The notes beneath the pieces are model-generated. The model was not told where the DNA came from and searched no databases. It was given only the letters and a program-made list of their open reading frames with translations. Shown here one piece after another: positions 37,381 to 50,499 of a stretch of DNA of 64,000 nt (within the stretch, counting starts at the first letter, position 1; every line of letters begins with the position of its first letter). Position numbers and translations under genes: made by a program. This DNA is from Octopus sinensis (lineage: Eukaryota): NCBI RefSeq assembly GCF_006345805.1, contig NC_043000.1:78802001-78866000 (forward strand). Direction: 5' to 3'.

Positions 37381-37725
37381 CATACTAATACGTACTAATA
37401 CATACTAATACATGCTAATACATACACCAACCCTATACATACACACGTCCAGACCTCTCATACGCACTTATACTCTCTCATACACACACACACACACTTA
37501 TACATACTAATACGTACTAATACATACTAATACATACTAATACATACACCAACCCTATACGTACACACGTCCAGACCTCTCATACGCACTAATACTCTCT
37601 CATACACACACACACACACACACACCCTTATACATACTAATACATACTAATACATACACCAACCCTATACATACACACGTCCAGACCTTTCATACGCACT
37701 AATACTCTCCCATACACACACACAC
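37381..37725 (+). repeat. Tandem repeat, 110-122 bp x3, built on 10-bp catactaata subunits
   Basis: catacaccaaccctatac at 37421, 37543 and 37653. Confidence 0.9.
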
Positions 37726-37905
37726 CCTCATGTTGGAGCTGGTCATTCAACCCTATTATCAACCCTATTATCTCCCCTTATTTCGCTCTCGCGTCTCATG
37801 TTTGATCTTTGACCTCTGGCAGAAATCAGATCGCCATGTTGATTCGTTAGTTACTGCACGCATTTTTTTTCTCTCCTTCTTTCTGTGTTTTTGTTCTCTC
37901 TGTGT

Positions 37906-37945
37906 ATCTTTCTGTTGAAGAGCGTAGGCTCGAAACGTTAAAGAC
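37906..37945 (+). ncRNA. Minimal type I hammerhead-like motif in pLTR
   Basis: tcttt / CTGTTGA-A-GAGC-gtag-GCTC-GAAACGTT / aaaga; A6>U core variant. Confidence 0.55.
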
Positions 37946-38040
37946 TTGTTTTATTTATATTCCTGAGCGCCATACTAATACAATTGTTTGTTTGTTTCCC
38001 ACCTGCCTTCGTCTTTTGTTTATTTTCATAAAGCTTCCCG

Positions 38041-38109
<69 letters not shown>

Positions 38110-38127
38110 GTATATATATATATATAT

Positions 38128-38206
<79 letters not shown>

Positions 38207-38299
38207 GTATATATATATAATAATATTATATGTATATATATATGTATATATATATATATATATTATATATATATGTATATATATATATATATATATGTG

Positions 38300-38335
<36 letters not shown>

Positions 38336-38445
38336 TATATGTGTGTATATTATATATATGTATATATATATATAATATATATATATATATATGTATATAA
38401 TATATGTATATATTATATATATATATATATATAATATGTATGTAT
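38041..38445. repeat. (TA)n microsatellite
   Basis: Direct reading. Confidence 0.98.
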
Positions 38446-39092
38446 GTATTATGTATGCATGTATGTATGCATGCATATATATTTGTATTAACTTGTTTTC
38501 ATACAAATATTTTGATAAATATTGAAACCGTAACAAAGTTATCTGCCGCCGTTTCTCCATAAACAAATATTATCGATGTAGACTAAGAAGAGTGAAAATA
38601 CCAGTATGAGTTCGAAGCAACCTCTTCTGGATTTATGTATACATGCATTTCGTAGTAACTTCTCTCCTCAGCATTGAACAACGCGAAGAGAGGAACTCCA
38701 AAACGACTAAGGAAAATGGTGTTAACTATTTTCTCAACAAGGAGGATGTACACTAACGCATTTAAATATCTCTCAGGCATATCTCATTTGAACTAGTAAG
38801 TATTGCATATTCTCAATCAGTGATTGGTGCTTCTAATCCACATTTTATCTTATCTGGGCTGCCGAAAACCGTCATGATTCACAAAGTTTTGATTGGTTTC
38901 CTATGACAGAAACCTCATCACTTAGTTCGGAGGTACTTCTTTGTTAAATCAGAGTTACCTCTCTTCTCGTTACTTGATGCTGGTACAAGATAAAAGGTTC
39001 GAAAAACCATTCATCCCTCCAAACGGATAGGTACATAGATACATATATAATGTATGTATGTAGGTAGGTATGTATGTATTTATATAATCATG

Positions 39093-39139
<47 letters not shown>

Positions 39140-39971
39140 ACACACACATATACATAGTACACTTTTGTGGATAAACCAATTATGGATCCTAAATTAGGCG
39201 TGGTCGAATACGAGATTTTAATAGATGTTTTATTGAAGATAAGGTAATATTTAAGGTTTGATGGGAAGTTAGATTTTAGGATTTTAAAGAAAATTTTAGG
39301 TAGAGATTTAACTTGGAAGGTGAAAGATTCGGAATAGGATTATTTCATAATGTTAGCTGATGTAGTTCACCAGAATATAAACCAGTAATGGAAACAAATA
39401 AACATTGGATAGATCCGGCCTGGGTCTTAAAGATAGAGAGATAAAAATCTGTCATTTCAGACCATGATGCTAGGAACTATCAAGGTAGAATTGTTCTGCG
39501 TAAATTTGCTCTGTTAATATATAAACATTAATGTATTTGTACTTGGAATAATCGCCGTCTGTTAATATCTATATGTTTATACTTGAATATTCATCGTCTG
39601 TAAATATATGAATATCTATAAATTTATACTTGAATATACATCCTTCATTTAATATATAAATATCTATATATTTATACTTGAACATTCGTCGTCTGTTAAT
39701 ATATAAATATCTATCATCCACGTTAAAAGTTTCCGGGTGTAAGCTGAAATCATTTGAGCGCGACAAAGTGTTTTCTGTAATTAGAATCATTGGATCACAT
39801 ATGTTTATTCCATATATAAATATATAAACACACACACACTCACACACACATTCAAACACACATATTCACACACACGCATACACAGGCATTCACTCACACG
39901 CACACACATACACACATATATATGCAGATAGATAGACTGACAGACATACAGAAGGACAGGCAGATAAGTAG

Positions 39972-40022
<51 letters not shown>

Positions 40023-40988
40023 GAGAGAGACAGAGAGGTTTGGTATGTCTTTCTGACATACGAACAATGTGGTTCTGGGCTAAGCCCCATTACACAGCTG
40101 CTTTTGTGACTGACATCTAATATAACATCAGGCCACCCGTGAAGCTTGTAAGTGGATTTCGTAGGCGCAAACTAAAAGAAGCTTGTCAAATATGTGTATG
40201 CACATATGTGTATGTATGTGTGGAGTCATGTGTGCGTGGATGTGAGTATATTCCTGTGTGTGTGTGTATTTGTGTGTGCGTGTGTGTTTTTGGGTGTTTG
40301 TGTATGTGTTTGTGCATGTGTATGTATCTGTGTAAGTGTCTGTTTGCGTGCGTGTGTGTATATTCTTGAATTATTTTTTGTATCTTGTAAGGTATATATA
40401 TTCGGCATTAGTCTGGGCAAGTTTACTTGTTATATTCCAAACTACGCAAGGGAGCATAACTTGAAGTAACAGATCTGAAAATAGTAGACGAGTTTGTTTC
40501 CTTGGGCAGCATACTCAGCTTTTATTGATTCCTAGACAAGGAAATATGAAATATGAAAGCAACTGCTTCCCTCAGGATTTACTCGTCTCATGTCTTGACC
40601 CAACAAATATTATTTGTGGCCGCATATGACTTTCCGATGCTGCGCTCATCAGTCATCAACAAATTCGTAAAAAAGACGACTATTGTATGTTCATAATTAT
40701 ACGTTGCGTGACGTGCAATAGGACGTGGAAATGTTTGCAGTCCAGAGGTGGTTTAACTAAACACAATACATTATATCAGAATATGCTTCTGCATACTGAT
40801 ATACCTAAAAGCAGCTTTGTTTGTGCAGTCTCCCGAAACACATGCAGAAGCTTAACAGGCATAAATAGCAACTGTGGTCGAGTGTAAGATGCATTCCATG
40901 ATGAGATATGACAACAACCCTCAGACATGAGGGTCATTTCTTATTCGCTAGCACATGACTTGAATTTTTCTAACTATAGACAATGTAA

Positions 40989-41161
40989 GGAGTGGCTGTG
41001 TGGTAAGCAGCTGGTTTACCAACCACATGGTTCCGGGTTCAGTCCCACTGTATAGCACCTTGGACAAGTGTCTTCTACTATAGCCTCGGGCAGATCAAAG
41101 CCATGTGAGTGGATTTGGTAGACGGAAACTGAAATAAGCCCGTCATATATATATATATATA

Positions 41162-41196
<35 letters not shown>

Positions 41197-41426
41197 TGTG
41201 TGTGTGTGTATGTTTGTGTCTCTGTGTTTGTCCACCCAACATCGCTTGACAACCGATACTGGTGTGTTTAAGGCCCCATAACTTAGAAGTTCAGCAAAAA
41301 TGACCGATAGAATAAGTACTAGGCTTACAAAGAATAAGTCCTCGGGTGGATTTGCTCGGCTTAAAGGCGGTGCTCCAGCACGGCTACAGTCAAATGACTG
41401 AAACAAGTAAAAGAGTGAAAGAGTAA
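40989..41426 (+). mobile_element. tRNA-derived SINE (mirror of 2805-3228)
   Basis: Same head, body and aaaagagt tail at the mirror position; retains 8 nt deleted in the arm 1 copy. Confidence 0.85.
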
Positions 41427-42342
41427 TTCTGAAGTAATTTGACCAACTCTGTTATTCGTCATTTCCGGGTCAATAAAACAAAAGTAGTTTACAACAAATC
41501 ATTCAATTATTGAAGTATTGAAATGCTTTTCATCACAGATCTTCAAATAGATAACTCGATTATCTAAAATGGTATTGAAGAAGTTTACAGTTATAAATCA
41601 AACAAAAAGGTTCGGCATATATATGTTTTATTTAAAAACGTTATGTTTGTAATATTTACAATTCTTAAAAATATCAATATAAATTAACTGTTCTTCATCA
41701 GTAACGTCGCCTCTGAAAAGAATAAAATTACAAGAAATCAATATATTTATTAGATTGGACATACAAATTAAAAATAATAACATAGACTAAGTATCAAGTT
41801 GGAATTATATTTCAAAATGTGTATATTAGATTAGATGTATATATCACATTCTTTTACAACAAAGTATGAATATTTCACCAGGCGCAGAAAAGCTTAACGC
41901 ACGAACTATATTCTGAAACGTGAGATAATATATAGTAAAATTTACAATTCTGTATCGCAATGCTACTTACAATGATGATCCAATGTGAAAGCTAGTCTGT
42001 TGATTTCACAAGAGTAGCAATAAAGTTAGTTGAAACATTGAAAGTTAATAATTTTCATATAGATAATGAAATATATGTAGATATACAAAATCTCGTGTTT
42101 ACAATGAAGAGAACATTGGCTTTCTTCAAGATAATGGTAGGGTCAATGAATTTGAACTACTTCAAATAAAGACAGAAATCCAATTGCTGATACAATTTTG
42201 TTTGTACGACAATGTAGTAGAGTGTAGTACAGTGAGAGCATTGCAATGTTTATGCTAAACATTATTCAATTCTTTGTTGTTTTCTCTGTTTACAATGACT
42301 AACTATATAAGGATGAGACACGTTATATTAGGGAGATCCAAA

Positions 42343-43736
42343 CTAATAGAAAACTTTACTCACCTCTTTATAACAATCGTATTTGGTACACTTGACATTT
42401 CCATTTGAACATCGACAAACATTGCATCTATCTTGAGTCATAAATGTTTTTCCATCTGGGATAGTTTTCCCATAATATTGGCATGTAGTTGGGGGACAGT
42501 ACATTTTAGTACAGGATACTTGACCAAACTGTCCGCATGTACAGGTGTTGCAGTCATCTTTAAATGTTTCGCCAGCAGAATAGGTTTTTCCTTTGTGTAT
42601 ACAGGGTTTCGTGCATGTATTCTGTTCACAAACCACCCTTCCCTGAGAAGTGCACTGACATTTATTGCAATCATTATACCATATAGAACCAATGTCGTAA
42701 TGCTTGCCGTTGTAATTGCAGGTACATAGATCTGTAGTGCAGTCTACAGTACCATCGGCTTGGCATGTGCACGTATTACATCCCTTTCTAAATGTTTGAC
42801 CTATATTATAAATCTGGTTGTTATAACTACATTTGCACATTCTATATGTGCACGCAACTTGACCGTTATGTTGACATGTACAAGTATTACAGTCATCAGT
42901 GAATGTCTGTCCCATATTATATACCCTGTGTTTGTATGTACAGGTACATGGATTTGTAGTGCAGTCTACACTACCATCAATTTTACATGTGCATGTATTG
43001 CAGCCGTTTGGAAATGTTTCTCCAATTCGGTAGGTATTTCCGTTATAAATGCATTTGCATCGCTTGTTAGAACACTGGACTGTACCACTAAACAAACATT
43101 GACATTCATCACATTCACCAAATCTTTGGCCAATATTATAGGTCCGTCCTTGGTAAGTACATTCACAGACTCTTGTTGTACAATCTACTTGTCCGTCTAT
43201 ACAACGGCAAGTGTTGCAAGCGTCGGTGAAAGTTTGACCCTCTTGATATTGTGATTTTTTGTAATAACAGCCACATCTATCACTGTTACACTGCACTGTT
43301 CCTGTAGTTTGACAGGTGCAAGTCTTACAACCATCATTGAAGCTCACTCCAACGTCGTAGTCTTTACCATTATACTGGCACTGACACACGTTATTAGTAC
43401 ACTGAATATAGCCAGAAGACAGACATTTACATCTATTACATTTGTCTTGGAATTCTTCACCCTCTTCGTATACCTTTCCGTTATAAGTACATCGTTTCGT
43501 GCAGTCTTTGTTGCTACATTGTACCTGACCACCGTGTTTGCATTCACATGTATTACAGGATTGCTGGAATGTCTCTCCTAATCTGTAACGTCTACCTTGA
43601 TAGATACAAGTAGATTCCTGCCCGTAATCACAACGCAAATTTGTACAGACTGCTTTGCCATATTCACCACATACACACGTGTTGCAGTCGATCTTGAATC
43701 TTCCTCCATACCTCTTTCCATTATGTGTACATTCGT
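42343..43736 (-). CDS. Exon 2 of cysteine-rich multidomain protein, copy 2 (12 pacifastin/VWC-like repeats)
   Basis: Acceptor AG at 43738-43737; 19 aa differences from copy 1 in shared domains; 444-bp in-frame loss; all Cys retained; stop at 42345-42343. Confidence 0.9.
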
Positions 43737-43858
43737 CTGTAAAGGAAAACATCAACTGATAATTATATCAATTAACCACAGAAGAGTTAACTACTGTAAA
43801 TGAATATGTATATTCTAAAGTAATTCCTCACATACATACAGACATACAGACATACACA

Positions 43859-43926
<68 letters not shown>

Positions 43927-44023
43927 GAATACATAAATACATACATACATACAACATATGTATATACATGGACGTACTTGAATATGCAGGTACGGGTATG
44001 TAAACCTATATACATATATATAT

Positions 44024-44068
<45 letters not shown>

Positions 44069-44117
44069 TATACACACATTTATATATACATACACACACA
44101 TACACACACACATATAC

Positions 44118-44156
<39 letters not shown>

Positions 44157-44547
44157 CATTTATACATACATCCATAAGTACATACAGACACACATACACA
44201 CAGTCACACACACACACACACACACACACTCACATATATATATATATATATTATATATAGGGGAGAGAATTTGAAAATGCAGAGGTCTTTAAAGATGTTT
44301 ATTGGCCGGTTTCAATTTTTTTTACAAAAAAGCTTATCAAAAGGCTTTGTATAACCTTTATGGTGTTAAAATTTAGTTAACATAGATGCATTAAAATACA
44401 GTGATAGAGTCTTTGACAATGATAAGAAAATGTTAAGAAATAGAATATTTGACGAAGATAGGAAAATATCAAGAGAGGCTTTGTCTAAACAGATTAGGTA
44501 AAAGTGTTCAAAATAGGCAAACTAGTTCATAAGAATCATAATCATAA

Positions 44548-44711
44548 TCAATATCTATAAATCTGAAATGTGAAAAGTCTGTTTGTCTGGTTTTGGCATT
44601 GGAACGGGTTAAAGGACACTAGATCCCGTCGGATTGACTCCAAAATTTACAGGGACATGTAAAATGAGGTGAGGATTCGAGTGGGCTAGGTTAGAAGTCC
44701 CTATATAATGC

Positions 44712-44756
<45 letters not shown>

Positions 44757-45870
44757 GTGCGCATTATGTGGTCGGTTGTGCTGAAAATATGCACACCTAT
44801 GTTAACAGTGCTGGCGAGTTTACATGATAACTATTTTTTTTCTCTAATGAAAGGCGTGACCTCTAGGACAAAATTCCTCATCTTATAAAATGTGGCCCGG
44901 GTAGACCCGAATGAAATCGGGTTATATTAACCAAAATGTGAAAAGAGGTCTAAATGGGGCTGGAAGGGGATTAAAATTTACAGGAGCGGGTGTTTAAGAA
45001 TTGTCGGTTACATCAAGCTAAAAAATTGCGCCAGCCTTTCAATCGTCAATGTGATGCCGTCCATGATGAGAAGTTTTGAATGCTTGCCATGGTGAGTCTA
45101 CTGTCGTGAGAAAGAATCACTTCAAAGCTTGGTGTTTAGGAATTTTCTTTTACATCAAGTTCAAAATTTTACGCCAGCCGTTAAACTGCCACTACGTTGC
45201 TGTCCGTCGTTAAGAAATGCCAGCCATGACGACTCTACTATCCTCAGATTCTATCCCTTCAAACTGTGGTTTCCAATATTTTTTTATTCAGCTCGTAAGT
45301 TCGTCTGTCCCTTTTAAATGTTAGTGTTTTGCTGTCTGCCTTGAAGCAGACCGTTCCGTTGTTACTGCCTGATATTTATGATTGATCTTTCAAAATATTT
45401 TTCTTTCTCAACTTACTCAAGATCTTTTGTTGTTTATAAATGGGAGAGAGATAGATAGAGAAAGATAGAGAGTAAGAAAGCTAGGGAGAGTCCGAGAGAA
45501 AGAAGAGTAAGAGAGTGGGAAAGTGAGAGAATAAGGAGAGAGAAACATAGAGGGAGAATGCAGTGATATAAACAGAAAGGAAGCAACAGAAAGTAAGAAC
45601 CACACTCTTACCCGCGCGTTGAGCGGGTCACCTTTGCGAAAAGTTTGTTTGTTTGGTTTTGGTTTCTCTCGGACTCTCCCTAGCTTTCTCTTACTCTCAA
45701 TCTTTCTCTATCTACCTCTCTCCCATGTTTAAACAACAAAAGATCTCGAGTAAGTTGAGAAAGAAAAATATTTTGAAAGATCAATCATAAATATCAGGCA
45801 GTAACAACCAAACAAAGGAAGCAACAGAAAGTAACAACCACACTCTTACCCGCACGTAGAGCGGGTCACA
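44548..45870 (+). mobile_element. Possible Helitron/DINE-like non-autonomous element with rearranged 3' end
   Basis: Starts atctataaatctgaaatgtg..tctgtttgtctg, similar in style to 52598-52860; GC hairpin acccgc..gcgggt at 45610-45629 and 45848-45867. Classification is weak. Confidence 0.35.
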
Positions 45871-45972
45871 TTAAGATAGTTGTTTATATTTCAAAAGAAA
45901 TCATAACTTTTTATAAGTTCAAAGAAATCGTAGCATATATACAGAAAGATTTTGTAGACAGTATTTGATAGT

Positions 45973-46227
45973 AGGTGGAAACGCGTGGCTTAGTGGTTAG
46001 GGTGTCAGCATCATGATCGTAAGATTGTGGTTTCGATTGCTGGACCGGGCGACGCGTTGTGTTCTTGAGCAAAACACTTCATTTCACGTTGCGTCCAGTC
46101 AACAGAGCTGGCAAAAATGAAGAACGCTGTGATCGACTGGCGTCCCGTCCAGCTGGGTAACACATACGCCATAGAAACCGGGAAACCGGGTCCATGAGCC
46201 TTGCTAGGCTTTAAATGGGCGCATTTA
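45973..46227 (+). mobile_element. tRNA-derived SINE (second family)
   Basis: Homologous to 7543-7782. Confidence 0.85.
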
Positions 46228-46810
46228 TTTTATTTGATAGGAGAAAGCGTGTATTGCTTTGTCAAATGTTCATTAGAAATGATAATTATTTATAAGGACT
46301 TTAGAGGAATGATCACATATGCCCATTCCCCAGTAAAAACACACAGACACACAAAGAAGAAGCACACACATATACACACGCAATACAATTCCAACAATCA
46401 CAACAAAAACTCACAGGTACACACATACACAAATACACCAGCACGTAGACGCACACACAGCACAGAAATATAACACATGTACATAGACACACACATGCAC
46501 ACCCCCCCGAAAAATACATGAACCACACCCACACCCACACACACACACACACAAACGCATACCCAGTATAACTACGCACAGTATGTACACGCATACACGT
46601 ACACACCATCCTGATAAACGTAACACACAAGGACACACACACACACATATATTATTATTATTATCATTTTCATTATTATTAATATTATTATTATTATTAA
46701 ACAGCAAATCGTCAGAAAAATATCAGAAACTATCTGCTACTCAAATGTTTCATGTACACGTTCGTCGCTTAGTTTACTTTGAGAATTTGAGAATATTAGA
46801 TTCTCAGTCT

Positions 46811-46855
46811 AAACCGTCAGACGAGCGAGAACGTGAAACTCTGAATAGCAGGTTT
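46811..46855 (+). ncRNA. Degenerate type I hammerhead-like motif
   Basis: aaaccgt / CAGACGA-GCG-agaa-CGT-GAAA-CTCTGAATA / gcaggttt; core and stem III each carry a deviation. Confidence 0.35.
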
Positions 46856-47143
46856 TTCTGCTGTTTTTGCAGCTTTAATAATACTAAAGCATGTTACTCT
46901 ACCTGCGGTTTGCCAGTGCTATATTTTAAATATTAAATGACTATTCTCTATTAATATTTACTAATCAATATTTCATTTGCTCAATCAGACAATCAATACT
47001 TCATTTCATTTCTTTCTTACTATATATTCTATATCCTATATTAATATTAAAAGAATATAAATAAAACATAGACAGAGTTGGAATTCCTTTGAGTAATCTA
47101 TTCTTCTATACACAATCATACAAACCCCTTTGTATATATATGT

Positions 47144-47192
<49 letters not shown>

Positions 47193-47197
47193 TGTGC

Positions 47198-47546
47198 GTA
47201 GATGTGCAATGGCCCTGTGGATACGACAGCGGACTCGTGGTCGTAGAATCGCGATTTCGATTCCAGGCGTTGTGCGTGTTTGTTGAGCGAAAACAGCTAA
47301 AGCTCCACGACGTTCCGTACTCTTTCACCACAACTTTCTCACACACTTCCTTCTTGTTTCTGTTTTACCTGTATTTCAAAGGGCCAGCTTTATCACACTC
47401 TGTGTCACGCTGAATCTTCCCGAGAACTACGTTGAGGCCACACGTCTGTGTGCAGTGCTCACCCACTTGCATGTTAATTTCACGAGCAGGCTGTTATGTT
47501 ACTCGGATCAACTGGAACCCTCGACGTCGTAACCGACGGAGTTCCA
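47198..47546 (+). mobile_element. tRNA-derived SINE (third family)
   Basis: Homologous to 10256-10641. Confidence 0.85.
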
Positions 47547-47582
<36 letters not shown>

Positions 47583-47668
47583 AATCCAAAAGGGAAACAA
47601 AAAAACAACAACACAGGAACAATTACAGTATTATTATTAATAGGCGCTCAGGAGATGGAAGCAGGGAG

Positions 47669-47705
47669 GTATGACGTTTCGAGCGGAGCTCTTCGTCGGA
47701 ACATA
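47669..47705 (-). ncRNA. Minimal hammerhead-like motif with variant core
   Basis: Minus strand CCGACGA-A-GAGC-tcc-GCTC-GAAACGTC (GUC triplet); same family as 29498-29532; lies in intron 1 of gene copy 2, on the gene's sense strand. Confidence 0.45.
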
Positions 47706-47783
47706 AAGAAGGAAGAGAGAGGAAGAAAGATCCCAGAGCGGGCAACAGGAAAGAGAAAAAAGACGACTGGTGTTTACGAGTTG

Positions 47784-47822
<39 letters not shown>

Positions 47823-47841
47823 TATAGATATATAGATAGAC

Positions 47842-47929
<88 letters not shown>

Positions 47930-48043
47930 TCGTGTTGGTGATTTTAAGTAAATTGCATTAACCCAACCGTTGATAAATTTAACAAAATAACTAACTAGAA
48001 AGTACCAGAAATGAAAAATGTAGAGCAGTATAATTTACTTACA

Positions 48044-48101
48044 TTTGTAGCTGTTCACACACGAAAGAGCTATTATTACTAGTAACAATTGGTACAGCAT
48101 G
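48044..48101 (-). CDS. Exon 1 (signal peptide) of gene copy 2
   Basis: Minus strand gccgtcATG-CTGTACCAATTGTTACTAGTAATAATAGCTCTTTCGTGTGTGAACAGCTACAAAT|GTAAGT = MLYQLLLVIIALSCVNSYK + 1 nt. The phase-1 donor matches the phase-1 acceptor of exon 2 (T+AC = Tyr). Confidence 0.75.
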
Positions 48102-48160
48102 ACGGCCAGTTTCTTTCAGCCTGCGGGAGTTTGGTGACAGTTGTTTTCCGAAACAAGGAC

Positions 48161-48196
48161 AAGTTTGACAAACGTCTCAGAAAAACTCTTTATATA
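48161..48196 (-). promoter_or_regulatory. Core promoter: TATATAAA (48196-48189) and Inr-like TCAAACT with A at 48166
   Basis: TATA-to-Inr spacing is 30 nt; the putative TSS is 65 nt upstream of the ATG at 48101. Confidence 0.6.
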
Positions 48197-49794
48197 ATGC
48201 TTAATAAACGTGATCAATTTCATGAAGAAAAGAAAAACAACAAATGATTTAGCTGAATATTCACATCAACTCAATATATAAAAATAACATATCTACCCAC
48301 CACCCAACGTAATCTATTTAAAAATGGGTGGATCTTTTCCCTTGTTATGTTTTACAAATGCATTCAATATTAAATGATGTTAAACTCACGTGTTACTTAA
48401 TGTGTTCACAGACAGTTAAGCGGTTATAAATTAATTATTGAAGTATACAGTTTTCATACAACTCCTGAGAATATTTTTTCAAACACTGCGGACATTAAAA
48501 ACTCACGCCCAACTCGAAAAGAATAATTTAGTTTAGGTACAAATGTCTTTTCACAAGTAAATCAAAGACAACAGTTTCATTTTTAAGGAATGTTGTTTTT
48601 GTTGAACAGATTTTTAACTGAACACTTTTATATCAACAATAATTGTGCCTAAAACCATCTTCTGAAATAGAATTCTAGGATATATTTTTTACATTGCCAT
48701 CATGATTTGTACCATATTCTCAGGTTTCAAGCTCTACACTATCCCCTGTCAGTTTGTAGGCAATCGTTTCATTTTTTTGTTTAGACTGCGTGACTGCACA
48801 GAAACAGATTCAGAAATTATTCCAATATATATGCTGCTAGTTTAGAATTCCTTCCTTTCTCAATAATTACATTTTTTTTCTATGAACACACTGAACCAGG
48901 TTTCAATCATTAGTTTTCTCATGTACTGAGATTAGTAACTAAAACTATTCTCTCTTGAATATAATTCAACTCATCTGGATTTTTTCTTTTACTATCTATC
49001 CAAACAACTGTATATAGAGCATAGGTTCATAACTAACATTTTCTAACATTTCCTCAGTACCTAACATGTATTCAATATACCTAACATTTCTTCAATATCC
49101 ATTAGATGTCTATGCTGGAGAACAGTATCTCCGAAATTGTTAATCATTTACTTCTTTGTCTTCCATTACATTAGTGATGGTCTTTTGTATATCTTATCAT
49201 CAATATAATATTGATATACTTCTATATATTCGACATAGGTTGTTTCTGATATCTCTACATAATCACTATATACTGTTTACAATAACTACGTATTGTAAAT
49301 ATCTGATGATGCAGTTAGGGTGTTAAACGTTACATTATTAGCCTGTTGTAAACATTGAGCGAGATGAAGACCATTTTGTATATTGTCTTGTGTCTTCGTC
49401 TCTCTTTTCAAATGCCATGCCTACAAAAGTTGGCGATCATGCACATCCATGCCTTCATGTCCCACACACAACTTAGCATGTTATTCAGCATACACATTTT
49501 GATACAAGTTGGTGAGGATATCAATTATCTTCTCTCTTTGTTTTCTCTAGATTTTTCAATCGTTCAGTTCTTCGACAGATTGCTTCAAGCTCACTTTCTT
49601 TATACACATCAATCATTGGATCTTACATTCATGGCTTTAGTTAAGCTTTACACAAAAGAAATCAACGGGGAACCAGAGTGTGTGGGTGAAAGATTTATGT
49701 AGTTACATTTAATGAAACACATGAGGGTGAGAGCCGTCGGTGAACTCGTGCTTCGGAGAAGTCCCGCCTAACCGGAAATCAGTTTTAATTTGTC

Positions 49795-49974
49795 TGCGGC
49801 CAAGCTGGAGCAACGCCTTTAGTCGAGCAAATCGACCCCAGGATTTATTCTTTGTAAGCCTAGTACTTATTGTATCGGTCTCTTTTGCCGAACCGCTAAG
49901 TTACGTAGATGTAAACACATCACCATTGGTTGTCAAACGATGTTAGGGCGAGCAACACAGACACACAAACATAT

Positions 49975-50068
<94 letters not shown>

Positions 50069-50225
50069 TATATATATATTATACATATATAAGACCATTT
50101 TTTCCGGTTTCCGTCTACCAAATCCACTCATAAGGCTTTGGTCGACCCGAGCTTGTAGAAGACACTTGCCCAAGATGCCACTCAGTGAGAATGAACCCGG
50201 AACCATGTGGTTAGTAAGCAAGCTA
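49795..50225 (-). mobile_element. tRNA-derived SINE (AAAAGAGT family)
   Basis: Homologous to 2805-3228. Confidence 0.8.
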
Positions 50226-50499
50226 CTTTTCAAAAAGATTTGCCATATAAGCACGATACAGAGTAGCTTTAAGGCTGGACAAAGACATTGATGAGATGAA
50301 TGATGAAAAGGATGATTTTAATGGGAGAAAAGAAATCACGCCCAACGATTTTTGCTTCTCTAAAACATTATTCCTTTCTTTTTTCACAGAAAAAGAGAAT
50401 ACAAGGTAATGAACCTCTTACTAGAGTTTTACAATTTTGGGACTAATAGTCCATTTAAGAATTGGAGCGTTAAGCTTCTTAAACACAACAACATGCAAT

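Larger units (their letters stand above)
34345..38040 (+). mobile_element. Penelope-like element (Neptune-like), 5'-truncated, RT + GIY-YIG endonuclease, few lesions
   Basis: SVLGRGLRFIP, KPAD*GG (nonsense at 35250), PGRPIVS, MDIQSLYT, GVAMGTRMGPNYANLF, RYIDDI, SFLD; frameshift at ~36230; CSRPRCRTC linker; NIIYCVSC..C..LYIGQT..RFAEH; downstream hammerhead-like motif and (TA)n. Confidence 0.92.
28920..43788 (-). repeat. Arm 2 of ~44-kb inverted segmental duplication
   Basis: Mirror of 1-15460 with private insertions (29352-30940, 32305-33375, 34345-38040, 39711-40980). Confidence 0.95.
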
